Of a DNA stretch of 64,000 nt, positions 19,712 to 29,547 are shown in pieces. Below the pieces are notes generated by a model. The model was not told where the DNA came from and made no database searches. It was given only the letters and a program-made list of their open reading frames with translations. The stretch lies in NCBI GenBank assembly GCA_965140445.1, contig OZ223236.1, positions 4,544,001 through 4,608,000 of the forward strand, read 5' to 3'. Numbering within the stretch: the stretch's first letter is position 1; each line of letters opens with the position of its first letter. The stretch is from Candidatus Ozemobacteraceae bacterium (lineage in GTDB: Bacteria > Muiribacteriota > Ozemobacteria > Ozemobacterales > Ozemobacteraceae). The translations under genes and the position numbers were made by a program.

Positions 19712-21505
19712 TTAAAGATCTGCAGTGGTGAACTGCCCCCAGAGATTTGATAAGTCCTGTATTCCTTTTCCAGAATTAGACTTTAAACCAGTTGAAATCA
19801 ACTTGATCAAATACTGAGTATTTGCACTTAGCATTTTATATGGAACAAGCTCAAGAGTTGAATTACCATTTTTCCAGGTTTCTGAAAAATAGCTTCTTAT
19901 GGTAGTTCCATTTAAAACAACCTTAGATCCGCTTTTCTTATTGGTAATCTCAATTAAAAGTCCATCATACAAAGTTTCTTTTTGCATTGGACGCGAAAAA
20001 TTTAAAACGAAAGGTCCTGTTCTTCCCACATTTAGATCGCCATTTATTGGAGAAGTTGAAAGAATTTCCGGAGCAGGATCAGTTGCAGTTAAAAATTCCC
20101 CATACATGCCATCATAATTTTTCAAAACTCTGCCATCGCTGGCTTTTGCATTCCAACGGCTAATTAGCATACTATATCTACTTGAAGCAGCAAGAGGTCT
20201 AAGAGGATACAGCCTTAAGATAGTATCTCCCTCCCACTCTACTCTGAAATTGTTTTTTATTGAATCCCCATCAAAAGCCAGTAATGATGAATTTTCCTTG
20301 TTTTGAATCATCAAACGGATGTCCTGAAAAATATTTGCCTTATCCATTGGCTGTCCAAAACCAATTTCAAACGGCCCTGTCACAGGAAATTCAGTCATTG
20401 AATTGTAAGGCTTTGTCCAGGTCAGAATGGCTTCGGAGTCTGGGATTCCGCCAGACTTTGAAAGTTTCGCGTTAACAATGGTAACTCCGTCAAGTGCAAC
20501 AGGTATTTTATACCCCTCCACCCTCTGGTATCCACTTTTTGAAAGGCTTAGATTTAATTCCCCACTATTTATTACCGGAGAGCTAACCAAAGCCACACCA
20601 GTTTTCATAGCAGAAACTCCCTGCGAGGAACCAACATCTACGGTAACTTCAGGCAAAGGTTTAACATCACCATAGGTATTTTCATAAGCAGTAACTTCAA
20701 CAGCTCCACGTTTTAAGCTGAATGAATCACCCCGTGCGACAGCCACAGAAATGTTATCAAATCCAGGATAAAACTTTACTTCGTCCTGAACTTTATTCCC
20801 ATTATATGGCTTTAATGTTGCTTCATAAGCGATTTCCCAATCCAGATATTTAACAATCACTCTTGAGGTGGTGGCAATTTTATCTGATTGGTCGACATTC
20901 AATTCTATTTTCCCTGAAGAATCAGTAACTGCAACCTGATTTGTTGCTTCAACTTCAATTCTTGCTCCTGCTAACGGTACACTGAGCAGGTTTTCCTGCT
21001 GAGCAATTCGACCTGTGATCAAAGCGCTTCGATCAGCTACAACGGTTAATGTGTAAATGCCATTTCCCAGAACTTCAACAATAACCGAAGAAGAAACAAA
21101 CAATCCCTTGCCGTCATCAACAGTACATGAAATTGTTGCTATTGAACTAACCTCAGGAGCCTTCCAAACAGCATATCCATTAGAGGTGGTAGTTAGAATT
21201 CCTTCTGAGGAATTCCAGGTAAAATCTAATTTATCACCATCCGGATCGATTGCTTCAGCTCGAAGTTGCAATTCTGACCCTACGCCCACAACAGTTTCCT
21301 GGGCAATAACATTTACCACAGGAGCTCTATTAGCAGATTTTCCCGAATCAGTAGGCACATTGATGGAAGACTCTGGATTTTCCTCCGAGCCAACAGGATT
21401 TAAAGAACTTATAGAGTTAGTCTGGGAACAGCCAACAATAGCTGTGCCCACCCAGATTACCAGAAAAATAAAAATAATTAATTTCAGGCGTTTAACATTT
21501 TCCAT
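19712..21505 (-). CDS. Lipoprotein with PKD-like and two Big_5/SbsA-type Ig domains
   Basis: Lipobox IVGC; NRAPVV…DPDGDKLDFTW; duplicated P.N…TGPF…F..PM…L.L.P…L…Y domains. Confidence 0.8.
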   Translation of the reverse strand: MENVKRLKLIIFIFLVIWVGTAIVGCSQTNSISSLNPVGSEENPESSINVPTDSGKSANRAPVVNVIAQETVVGVGSELQLRAEAIDPDGDKLDFTWNSSEGILTTTSNGYAVWKAPEVSSIATISCTVDDGKGLFVSSSVIVEVLGNGIYTLTVVADRSALITGRIAQQENLLSVPLAGARIEVEATNQVAVTDSSGKIELNVDQSDKIATTSRVIVKYLDWEIAYEATLKPYNGNKVQDEVKFYPGFDNISVAVARGDSFSLKRGAVEVTAYENTYGDVKPLPEVTVDVGSSQGVSAMKTGVALVSSPVINSGELNLSLSKSGYQRVEGYKIPVALDGVTIVNAKLSKSGGIPDSEAILTWTKPYNSMTEFPVTGPFEIGFGQPMDKANIFQDIRLMIQNKENSSLLAFDGDSIKNNFRVEWEGDTILRLYPLRPLAASSRYSMLISRWNAKASDGRVLKNYDGMYGEFLTATDPAPEILSTSPINGDLNVGRTGPFVLNFSRPMQKETLYDGLLIEITNKKSGSKVVLNGTTIRSYFSETWKNGNSTLELVPYKMLSANTQYLIKLISTGLKSNSGKGIQDLSNLWGQFTTADL

Positions 21506-21557
21506 AAAAACACCTCCGATCGCTCTCTATATCGGAGAAATTTGCCTTTTTTCTTAA

Positions 21558-22994
21558 CTATTTTCCTTTACAATTTTTCTGTAACAAAAAATTTGTCACT
21601 AAACGAACTCCAACTCCAGTTGGACAACCGCTTGCAACATATGATTTCTGCCGGGATGCAATCGCTGACCCGGCAATGTCAAGATGAATCCATGGACCAG
21701 AAACAAAATGGGACAGAAAAGCTGCTGCAGTACAAGCCCCGGCTGCTTTAACGGAAGCATTTATCAAATCGGCAATTCTTCCCTTCATCTCTTCCACAAA
21801 CTCGTAATGAAGGGGTAATTGCCAGAGAAGATCTCCAGTTCTGGCAGAAGTTTCCAGCATTGACATAGCAAGTTGCGAATCGTTGCAGAACAGACCCGTG
21901 AATCGTGAACTCAAAGCTTGTGAAACATTACTTGTTAGAGTTGCTACATCTATAACCAGCTCAGGATCGTATTGCCTAGCATAACCAAGAGCATCTCCAA
22001 GGATTAATCTTCCTTCTGCATCTGTATTTGTTATTTCAACCGTGGTACCATCAAAAAGCTTGATAACATCGCCCGGCCTTGCACTTTTCCCATCAGGAAG
22101 GTTTTCTACAGCGGGAATCATAGCAACAATTCTTTTCTTGTATCCAATCCTGGAAAGCGCTTGAATAATTCCCAGAACGACCGCTCCCCCTGCCATGTCA
22201 CCCTTTTCTTCATGCATTCCGGGCTCAGTCTTTATATTTATTCCTCCAGAATCAAAAGTAACCCCTTTTCCGATTAAAATGACTGGCTTTTCATCAGATG
22301 GGTTTAACTCAATTTCAATAAAGCATGGCAAACGGTCAGAGCCCTTTCCAACAGAACATAAACCTCCCATTTTTTTCAAAATCTTTTGGGGAAGTTTTCT
22401 TATATTAATTGAATTGGAACGTAACTTTTCAGCCTCAGCATATAGCTCAGATGGGCCTAAAATATTGCCGGGAAGATCCGTCAAATATCTCGCATAATTG
22501 GTAGATTCAGTTACAGACTGAACTGTTTTTTGAATTCTTTTCAAACATGTGAATTCGTCTATATGAACACTTGAATAAAAAACCTTAGAAAACTCAAATT
22601 TATCTGATTTAGTGCAAAAAGACTTTTCATCAAAACTCATATAAATTGGAAGCCCCAAAATGTCCTCAATCAAATCCTGACCGATCCTCTTTACAGATGG
22701 CAGGTTAATACCAGGCATTTTTATTTTCCGACCTTTTAAAGCCTTTATTGCTATTCCTAAATTTTCTTTTAAGTCGGATCTTAATGATTTTGATAACAAA
22801 TTAAGAGCCGGTAGTTTATAAAAAACTTTTCCTTTATCCATGCACAGAATTTCATAATCTGCTTTCCAATTGTCGGAAATTTGTCCGGGAAGATTTTTAG
22901 GAACATCTTTTTTCTGATCTCCAGAAAAGGGGAAAAAAATTTCCCCATCTGATTTACTTAAATTATTTGCAAAGAAAAGTTTCATATTTTCCAC
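21558..22994 (-). CDS. pepA: Leucyl aminopeptidase (M17)
   Basis: GKGVTFDSGG, KGDMAGG, PGDV, NTDAEGRL, ATLT, WIHLDIAG. Confidence 0.93.
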   Translation of the reverse strand: MENMKLFFANNLSKSDGEIFFPFSGDQKKDVPKNLPGQISDNWKADYEILCMDKGKVFYKLPALNLLSKSLRSDLKENLGIAIKALKGRKIKMPGINLPSVKRIGQDLIEDILGLPIYMSFDEKSFCTKSDKFEFSKVFYSSVHIDEFTCLKRIQKTVQSVTESTNYARYLTDLPGNILGPSELYAEAEKLRSNSINIRKLPQKILKKMGGLCSVGKGSDRLPCFIEIELNPSDEKPVILIGKGVTFDSGGINIKTEPGMHEEKGDMAGGAVVLGIIQALSRIGYKKRIVAMIPAVENLPDGKSARPGDVIKLFDGTTVEITNTDAEGRLILGDALGYARQYDPELVIDVATLTSNVSQALSSRFTGLFCNDSQLAMSMLETSARTGDLLWQLPLHYEFVEEMKGRIADLINASVKAAGACTAAAFLSHFVSGPWIHLDIAGSAIASRQKSYVASGCPTGVGVRLVTNFLLQKNCKGK

Positions 22995-23141
22995 CGCCAG
23001 ACTTTCTGATATTGTAGAATTATTCGGTATAATCTCGCTTCTAACTTAAAAAAGTTTTGGTTGTACAACAATTGTTTGAACAGGGTGGTCTTTATACCAA
23101 GTGTGCCAATTATTTTTTTTTACAAAAACTGCATTTTTGGC

Positions 23142-23170
23142 TTGCCAGTTTTTTCAATTTCTGGTAACAT
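23142..23170 (+). promoter_or_regulatory. Sigma70 promoter of rpmB
   Basis: TTGCCA-N17-TAACAT with TG extension. Confidence 0.65.
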
Positions 23171-23207
23171 TATTTTTCACTTCGGCTCAATCTTGGAGGT
23201 TTGAACT

Positions 23208-23396
23208 ATGTCTAGAATATGTATGGTTTGCGATAGAGGACCAAAAATGAGTTTCCAGCTCAGCCACTCACATCGCCGCAGCAAAAGACGCTGGAGCGTA
23301 AACCTCCAGAAAAAACGTGTTATGCTTAACGGAAAACGAGTTCGCGGTTACGTTTGTACTCGTTGTCTTGGCAGCGACAAAGTGGCAGTTGCTTAA
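23208..23396 (+). CDS. rpmB: 50S ribosomal protein L28 (Zn-binding form)
   Basis: MSRICMVC…SHSHRRSKRRWSVNLQ…VCTRCL; GGAGG SD. Confidence 0.96.
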   Translation: MSRICMVCDRGPKMSFQLSHSHRRSKRRWSVNLQKKRVMLNGKRVRGYVCTRCLGSDKVAVA

Positions 23397-23408
23397 AATC
23401 TGATTAAT

Positions 23409-23939
23409 TCAGATTTTTTGTCTTTGAACCAGAACTTTGTGTTTTGAAGCCAAATAACCGGCAATCAAAGCACAAATAATGGTCTCAGGCAGGATATGGC
23501 TTAAATTGTAAGCAAAACTTACAGTTAAAGCTCCAAAAGTTGTTTCTTTGTTTGATACAAAGAAAATGGCACCGGCGATGACGTGAAATAGCAAGCGAGG
23601 AATGTTTGCAAGCGTTGTTGCCGATGTTGCTTTTAGGGGAGTGTCCCAGGTCACTGCCCCAGCAATTCCCAGTGAAGCATACGCCAGCGGATAATCCAGC
23701 AAAAACTGCAGCGGATGCACAATAAATGGCCTGCTCATTAGCAACAATAATCCCATTAGCATTCCGCAAATGCTTCCTGTAGCCGCCCCGTGTCTGGCAC
23801 TTATCATTAAAAGTGGAACAATTCCAATTGAAATTGATCCCCCACTAGGCATCTGGTAAAGTTTAAACTGGGAAAGCGCAATGGCGGCTGCCAGCAAAAC
23901 TCCGCATTCTGTAATAACCGTTAGTTTTTTTATACGCAT
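23409..23939 (-). CDS. thiT: ECF transporter S component, ThiT family
   Basis: MPSGGSIS…VPL, VHPLQFLLDYPLAY, HVIAGAIFF, SFAYN; start ATG 23939 after AGGA. Confidence 0.85.
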   Translation of the reverse strand: MRIKKLTVITECGVLLAAAIALSQFKLYQMPSGGSISIGIVPLLMISARHGAATGSICGMLMGLLLLMSRPFIVHPLQFLLDYPLAYASLGIAGAVTWDTPLKATSATTLANIPRLLFHVIAGAIFFVSNKETTFGALTVSFAYNLSHILPETIICALIAGYLASKHKVLVQRQKI

Positions 23940-24047
23940 TTTTTTCCTATATTTTAATAATATGACATAATTTGAGCGCACTTTTTAAGTTTTCATGAAA
24001 ATGTGTTATATTTCAAATAACATTTTTACGGGAAGAAGAGGAACAAA

Positions 24048-25001
24048 ATGAAAAGAATAGTTTCCATTTTATTATTTGTCGCGCTTGTAGGACTATCATT
24101 TATTTACACAGGTTGCGGAAGCAGTACCCTTACCAAAACAGAATATACAATTGCAACAGGTTCAAAATCTGGGGTTTATTATCCAATTGGCGAATCTCTT
24201 TCTGCAATTCTCAAGCTAACATACCCAAACGTAAAATTGAACGTAATAGAAACTCAGGGAAGTGTTCAAAATCTTTCCATGCTCAAGGAAAACAAAGTTG
24301 ATTTTGCTCTTTGTCAGAATGACATTGCATTTTATGCCGCCGAGGGCGAAAAAATGTTTGAAAACAATAAAATCACCAACATTAGCGGTATTGGAACTCT
24401 CTTTCCAGAAGTAGTTCAAATAATCGTTCGAAAAGACAGTGGGATTAGCAAACTCTCTGAATTTGAAGGCAAGAAAATAGCTGTAGGCAGCAAAGACAGT
24501 GGAACTTTCTATAATGCTCAACAAATTTTAACCAGTGCTGGAGTATGGGAAAAAATAGACCACCAGTATCTTTCAGCATCAGATGCAATGAGAGAACTTG
24601 AAGCCGGAAATATTCAAGGCTTCTTCTATACCAGCGGAATTCCAAACCCATCAATAGTTGAACTTTCTAAAAGAGTTGAAATTGCAATAATTCCAATTGA
24701 TCCAGATCAGGTCCAAAAGCTGGTAACAACTCACTCTTTCTATTTTCCATCAACAATTCCAGCAGGGCAATACACTGGACAAGATACTGACATTTCTGCA
24801 GTAGAAATAAATGCAATCCTGCTCTCCAGCGAAAAATTGACAGAAAACGACCAGTATTTAATTACAAAGGCACTATTTGGAAAACCAAATGATCTCGGAA
24901 AAAGCAATCCAAGACTTTCAAAACTGACAAAAAATTCACTAAGAAGACAAATGCCGGTTAATCTTGGCAAAGGTGCTTACAAAGCTCATACAGAAATGTA
25001 A
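24048..25001 (+). CDS. TAXI-family TRAP solute-binding lipoprotein
   Basis: Lipobox YTGC; IATGSKSGVYYPIG, TQGSVQN, LFPEVVQI, SGT. Confidence 0.9.
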   Translation: MKRIVSILLFVALVGLSFIYTGCGSSTLTKTEYTIATGSKSGVYYPIGESLSAILKLTYPNVKLNVIETQGSVQNLSMLKENKVDFALCQNDIAFYAAEGEKMFENNKITNISGIGTLFPEVVQIIVRKDSGISKLSEFEGKKIAVGSKDSGTFYNAQQILTSAGVWEKIDHQYLSASDAMRELEAGNIQGFFYTSGIPNPSIVELSKRVEIAIIPIDPDQVQKLVTTHSFYFPSTIPAGQYTGQDTDISAVEINAILLSSEKLTENDQYLITKALFGKPNDLGKSNPRLSKLTKNSLRRQMPVNLGKGAYKAHTEM

Positions 25002-25012
25002 AATCTAAATTT

Positions 25013-25050
25013 AAAAAAAAGCACCATCCTTTGGATGGTGCTTTTTTTTT
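25013..25050 (+). terminator. Intrinsic terminator
   Basis: gcaccatcc-ttt-ggatggtgc followed by T9. Confidence 0.92.
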
Positions 25051-25117
25051 ATTTCAATGAAATTCTTTTTTGCCGATATTTATGTATCAAGAAGGTTATT
25101 TTTAGGAGTGCCAACAA

Positions 25118-26257
25118 ATGGAAACAGAGACTAAAAAGTTAAAAATAGGCATTATATTTGGCGGAAGATCAGGAGAACACGAAGTATCTCTTGTTTCAGC
25201 ACAGTCAGTAATGAAAGCGCTAAATCCAGATAAATATGACATTGTTCCCGTTGCAATTTCGCGCAATGGGTCATGGCTGGTGGGAACAACACCAGACAAA
25301 ATGTTGCAAAACCAGAATGCAGACGAAAAGAAAATCCGCATAGGCTTATCCGAAAGCGGAGCAGTCAGAGCAAGTCTTAACTGCGATCCAACAAGAAAAG
25401 GCCTTGTTCTTCTGGACAACCCGAGTAATGAAAAGCAGATTTCTATTGATGTTCTTTTTCCAGTTGTTCATGGCACTTATGGTGAAGACGGAACACTTCA
25501 AGGACTGCTAGAATTAGCCGACCTTCCATACGTTGGATGCGGCGTCTTAGCTTCGTCTACAGGAATGGATAAAACTGTAGCCAAGAGACTTTTTAAAGAA
25601 GCTGGTTTAGCTGTTGGCAATTTTAAAGAATTTTTACGAAAAGACTGGAAAAACAACCCAGAAAAAATAGTAAAAGAGATTGAAACAAATTTTGCGTATC
25701 CCGTATTTGTAAAACCTGTAAATTCAGGTTCTTCTGTAGGAATTTCCAAGGCAAAAAACACCGATGAACTAAAAGAAGCAATAAAAACAGCTGCGAAGTT
25801 TGATCGAAAAATTCTTATAGAATCGCAAGTAGTTGGTAGAGAACTGGAGGTTTCTGTCCTTGGCAATGATAGTCCAATGGCCTCAGTTCCAGGCGAAATT
25901 GTCCCTTGCAACGATTTTTACGACTATTCTGCTAAATATGTGGATAACAAATCGGAATTAAAGATCCCCGCCGACCTTAGCCCTGAAATAACAGAGGAAA
26001 TACGAAAACTTGCAATAAAAGCATATCGAGCACTAGATTGTGCGGGAATGGCGAGAGTAGACTTTTTCCTTGAAAAAGGTACAAACCGCTTAATAATAAA
26101 TGAAATAAACACAATACCAGGCTTTACAAGCATAAGCATGTATCCAAAGCTATGGGAAGCAACAGGAATAAATTATCCTGATTTACTTGATAAATTAATT
26201 GAATTTGCCATTGAACGATATGAAGAAAAACAAGAATCTTTACTAGCAGTTTCTTAA
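25118..26257 (+). CDS. ddl: D-alanine--D-alanine ligase
   Basis: GGRSGEHEVS, HGTYGEDGTLQG, GSSVG, FYDYSAKY, NEINTIPGFT. Confidence 0.97.
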   Translation: METETKKLKIGIIFGGRSGEHEVSLVSAQSVMKALNPDKYDIVPVAISRNGSWLVGTTPDKMLQNQNADEKKIRIGLSESGAVRASLNCDPTRKGLVLLDNPSNEKQISIDVLFPVVHGTYGEDGTLQGLLELADLPYVGCGVLASSTGMDKTVAKRLFKEAGLAVGNFKEFLRKDWKNNPEKIVKEIETNFAYPVFVKPVNSGSSVGISKAKNTDELKEAIKTAAKFDRKILIESQVVGRELEVSVLGNDSPMASVPGEIVPCNDFYDYSAKYVDNKSELKIPADLSPEITEEIRKLAIKAYRALDCAGMARVDFFLEKGTNRLIINEINTIPGFTSISMYPKLWEATGINYPDLLDKLIEFAIERYEEKQESLLAVS

Positions 26258-26261
26258 AAAC

Positions 26262-26306
26262 AAAAAACTCCCCAGGAACTTTAACGCCTGGGGAGCTTTT
26301 TGTTTT
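26262..26306. terminator. Bidirectional intrinsic terminator
   Basis: ctccccagg…cctggggag flanked by A and T runs. Confidence 0.85.
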
Positions 26307-26314
26307 AGAGAAAG

Positions 26315-28360
26315 TTAAGCGTCTTTGCTTCCTTTATCTTTAATAAAGAACTTACAACCTTTTTTAGAGGATTCCCATTTTAGCTCTGTTGGGAAAATGG
26401 CCTGAATTGTTCCCTGACTGCAAAGGAAACACACCCTTTCATCCGGCAATTGTGGGTCTGCATTCTTACATGCAGCTTTCTGCCTACACCACAAAATCTT
26501 TAATAAGGAATTTTCTTTATCATATATAACTTCAGCACCAAGTTTTCGGTGTCTTTTAGCCAATGCAACAAAGCATTCCTCAATTGAAAGATCAGCAAAA
26601 TTGTCATCAATAGAACAAAGCCTTATTGCCTCTTCTTCACCCAGCTTCCAATCAGTCCCGAGCTTTGCTCGCCACATGGAAAGCAACAAATCATTTTCCG
26701 GGGGATTTGGATTCTCAAAATATTCGCCCTCGTGAGAACGAAGGTTAATTTTCCGATCAATAAGAGAGGGTTGATCCAACACCAACGTATCTGCTTCACG
26801 AAATTTTGGTGGCAAATAATTCCATTCATTTATCCTTTCAAGAACGTCAATGAATTCTTCACTATGTCCTGGAACAACAAGCGCTCTATCACTCTCATAA
26901 ACCATATGTCGATAAAAATTTCTTCTGCTCCAGCCAGCCAGCATCATAAACAAAATGATTCCAAGCAATTGAGCAAAAGTCGGTCCTAGAATCAATAAAT
27001 TAATTGTATTCATAGGCCTTATAGCGGTGTAAAAGGAACCAGATAGGGTAAAAATAAAAATAAGCAAAAAATCACAAAAATTGTAATTTAACTTAAAGAG
27101 TTGAGCAAAACTACGTAAATAACTCCTCAGCTCGCCTTTACTCAGCCGATCTTCAATGTCACCCCAAAGCAGCACCGCTGAATTAAAAGAAAAAGCTCCT
27201 AATGGAATTCCCCCTAAGAACCCCGCATTCTTGTTAGAGGCAGAAAAAACAGCTGTAATTCCTTTCTCATAAGGCTCTTCAGTTTGAACCTTTTTTAAAA
27301 GCAACAACCTCGGTAAAATTACACTCGTTAGCCCCAAAATAGTCATAAAAACCGCAGGAAACGAAAAAATTAATCCAAAAGGCCTATTTACTTGCCAAAG
27401 CGGCAACCAAACTGTCATCAGATGCAAAATTAACAAAGTTACCACAAACACAAAAACAGACATGTGATTAAAAATTATTAAACGAATCCTGTCAAAAACA
27501 AATGCTCCAAAGCTCTCTCGACTTTTTAGAACAAACTTTTCCAGTTTAAAAATAGGAAATTGCACTAAAAGCCAAACAATGAAAAAATGTGCAATCATTA
27601 AAATGAATCTGAAGTTGATTCCCAGTCTTGAGGGAAGATCAAAAACCAAAAAAGAAATCCCCGATAGAACAATTAAGAACTCTGGCAAAACCGAAGTCCT
27701 AAAGGCTTGAAACGCACCTTTTTTATCAGATAAATGCGAGTATTTTTTTATCCAGGCCCTTTGTTCAAACTCCAAAATTAGTGCCGGGAAAAGCAACAAA
27801 GAAATCCATATCAATATCCACGTGAGTAAAACTTCTGGTTTGTATGTTAGCGAGAAATCATACATTTCGATTGCTTTATCAAACTCTTTCTGCCCAATTA
27901 TTTCAAACTTAAGCATTTTTTGGTGGGCTTCTATATAGCCAGCTTTGTTTTTTAGCCTGTGATAAATTCTCGCAAGAATTACCAGAGAATTATTTCTCTC
28001 CTCATCAAACTGACTATTTTTTACAACATATTCGAGCTCAGAGGCAGCTGCCTCAAAAAAATTGTATTTAAAAAGTATAAAACCCTGAACAGCCGCAGCT
28101 GATATTTTATCATCTGGGTTGGTCAAAACCTTCAACCTGATGAAGCTCTGCAAAGTTTCTCTAATTATTGGCAAAGTTAAAACCTTTGCATTGCAAAAAG
28201 ATTTTGTTGTTCTCCAGAACTTATCAGGAGAATGCATACGCAGAGTTTCCAATACGCTATTATCAGATGGAAAAACTTCTGGGGCTGTTTGCAACGAAAT
28301 GCTAAATACAAAAAGTAAAACAATAAGTGCCACAGAAGTAATAGCTAGACTATTTTTCAC
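26315..28360 (-). CDS. Multi-TM protein: TPR-like domain, degenerate M48-like domain, Cys-rich V4R-like C-terminus
   Basis: N-terminal TM, helical repeats, about 7 TMs; NAG…LSKGELRSYL…ESDRAL…QPSLIDRKINL scaffold without HExxH. Confidence 0.6.
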   Translation of the reverse strand: MKNSLAITSVALIVLLFVFSISLQTAPEVFPSDNSVLETLRMHSPDKFWRTTKSFCNAKVLTLPIIRETLQSFIRLKVLTNPDDKISAAAVQGFILFKYNFFEAAASELEYVVKNSQFDEERNNSLVILARIYHRLKNKAGYIEAHQKMLKFEIIGQKEFDKAIEMYDFSLTYKPEVLLTWILIWISLLLFPALILEFEQRAWIKKYSHLSDKKGAFQAFRTSVLPEFLIVLSGISFLVFDLPSRLGINFRFILMIAHFFIVWLLVQFPIFKLEKFVLKSRESFGAFVFDRIRLIIFNHMSVFVFVVTLLILHLMTVWLPLWQVNRPFGLIFSFPAVFMTILGLTSVILPRLLLLKKVQTEEPYEKGITAVFSASNKNAGFLGGIPLGAFSFNSAVLLWGDIEDRLSKGELRSYLRSFAQLFKLNYNFCDFLLIFIFTLSGSFYTAIRPMNTINLLILGPTFAQLLGIILFMMLAGWSRRNFYRHMVYESDRALVVPGHSEEFIDVLERINEWNYLPPKFREADTLVLDQPSLIDRKINLRSHEGEYFENPNPPENDLLLSMWRAKLGTDWKLGEEEAIRLCSIDDNFADLSIEECFVALAKRHRKLGAEVIYDKENSLLKILWCRQKAACKNADPQLPDERVCFLCSQGTIQAIFPTELKWESSKKGCKFFIKDKGSKDA

Positions 28361-28375
28361 AGTTTTCTCCTCTTA

Positions 28376-29416
28376 TCATGGACGATGAGTAGAAATAAGC
28401 CCCTTTAAACGCTTTCCATCGCTCCAATACCCAAGAAATCTCTGAGAGTCAGAATTTTTCAAAACATTAAATTCTTTTTTCCCGTTAAAGTGGTATTCAG
28501 CAAGCGAATCAAAAATTCGAAAAGAACCGTTCCAATCTATTGCATCCAGAAGTCTAGTGCGAAGTGTGTGTGCATGAAACCTATCATTAAATAAAGTTAT
28601 AAACTCGTGCCGCCTTGTATCAATCTCTTTTTCATAGTAAGGATTTTCAGGGGCCAGCCCCATTAGCTCGTCTGCAACTACCGGTGGAGAACCATGAAAA
28701 TCGGAAAGAACCGTTAGATATGTCTTGTCATTTGTTTTAATACGGTCAGCAGCATAAAAAATTTCTCTTGCCGTATTTTCAGTAGTTTCAAAAATTCTAT
28801 CTCCAACGATCATTACCAACTTGGTGCCTTGTCTTATTCCAGACAAGTCTAAGAGTTTCAAGGTTCTCCTTACTGGAGTTATAAGAACCATTACTCCAGG
28901 TATTGGCAAACCGAAATATCGGCTTGCCGCAGCAACATTAGCTCCATGAACAGCACCGGCACCATGCCCGATAATTCCAACCCGCTCCCTGTCAATTTCA
29001 ATTTTGCCTTCTTTGAAAACATTTAAAACAGAGTCTTTTAAGGATCTCACGATATTGAAGAAATGGTATTTGTCCAACTCTCCAACCCCTTGATAGTTTG
29101 GGAAAACCACGATCCATCCCTTCAGGCATAAATGACGGATCCAGGCCATGTAAAAACCGGGGTCTGAAGTCATCCAGTCATGGAAAAAATAAATTATCCC
29201 GGCTTTCTTTGGTGTTGGTTCCGAAGGTTCAAAAATGAAATATTTATTTTCCTGAATACCAACCTGTCTGGTAACCATCCGCTTGTGGAAATATTCCCTT
29301 CCACCTGGTCCAATCGAAGATTGAACTGGACCACGAGGCAACTCTTTTGCAAGACAAAAGCTTCCACTAGCGAGAAGAACGACCAAAAAAGAAAAAATTT
29401 TGATAACTATACGCAT
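28376..29416 (-). CDS. Exported alpha/beta-hydrolase homologue lacking the nucleophile serine
   Basis: Signal peptide; YFFHDW, GWIVVFPNYQ, VGIIGHGAGA in place of GHSxG. Confidence 0.75.
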   Translation of the reverse strand: MRIVIKIFSFLVVLLASGSFCLAKELPRGPVQSSIGPGGREYFHKRMVTRQVGIQENKYFIFEPSEPTPKKAGIIYFFHDWMTSDPGFYMAWIRHLCLKGWIVVFPNYQGVGELDKYHFFNIVRSLKDSVLNVFKEGKIEIDRERVGIIGHGAGAVHGANVAAASRYFGLPIPGVMVLITPVRRTLKLLDLSGIRQGTKLVMIVGDRIFETTENTAREIFYAADRIKTNDKTYLTVLSDFHGSPPVVADELMGLAPENPYYEKEIDTRRHEFITLFNDRFHAHTLRTRLLDAIDWNGSFRIFDSLAEYHFNGKKEFNVLKNSDSQRFLGYWSDGKRLKGLISTHRP

Positions 29417-29547
29417 GCAGTATTAACTTTCTGAATTTAATTATACCGGGAGAGTTTTGGATAATAGCCAAACGAATAAGCAAAGCCAACGAGTTTTTCT
29501 TGAAACACGTCTATTGCTCAAACAACTTAAATTTATCTTAAACGGGC

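Noticed and set aside
23092..23110. TTGGCAC on the minus strand as a sigma54 promoter for pepA
   Set aside because: No GC at the -12 position (GG-N10-AT)
13882..23939. yjbQ, thiJ-like and thiT as a thiamine cluster
   Set aside because: Not contiguous; the thiamine links of YjbQ and ThiJ are weak or historical
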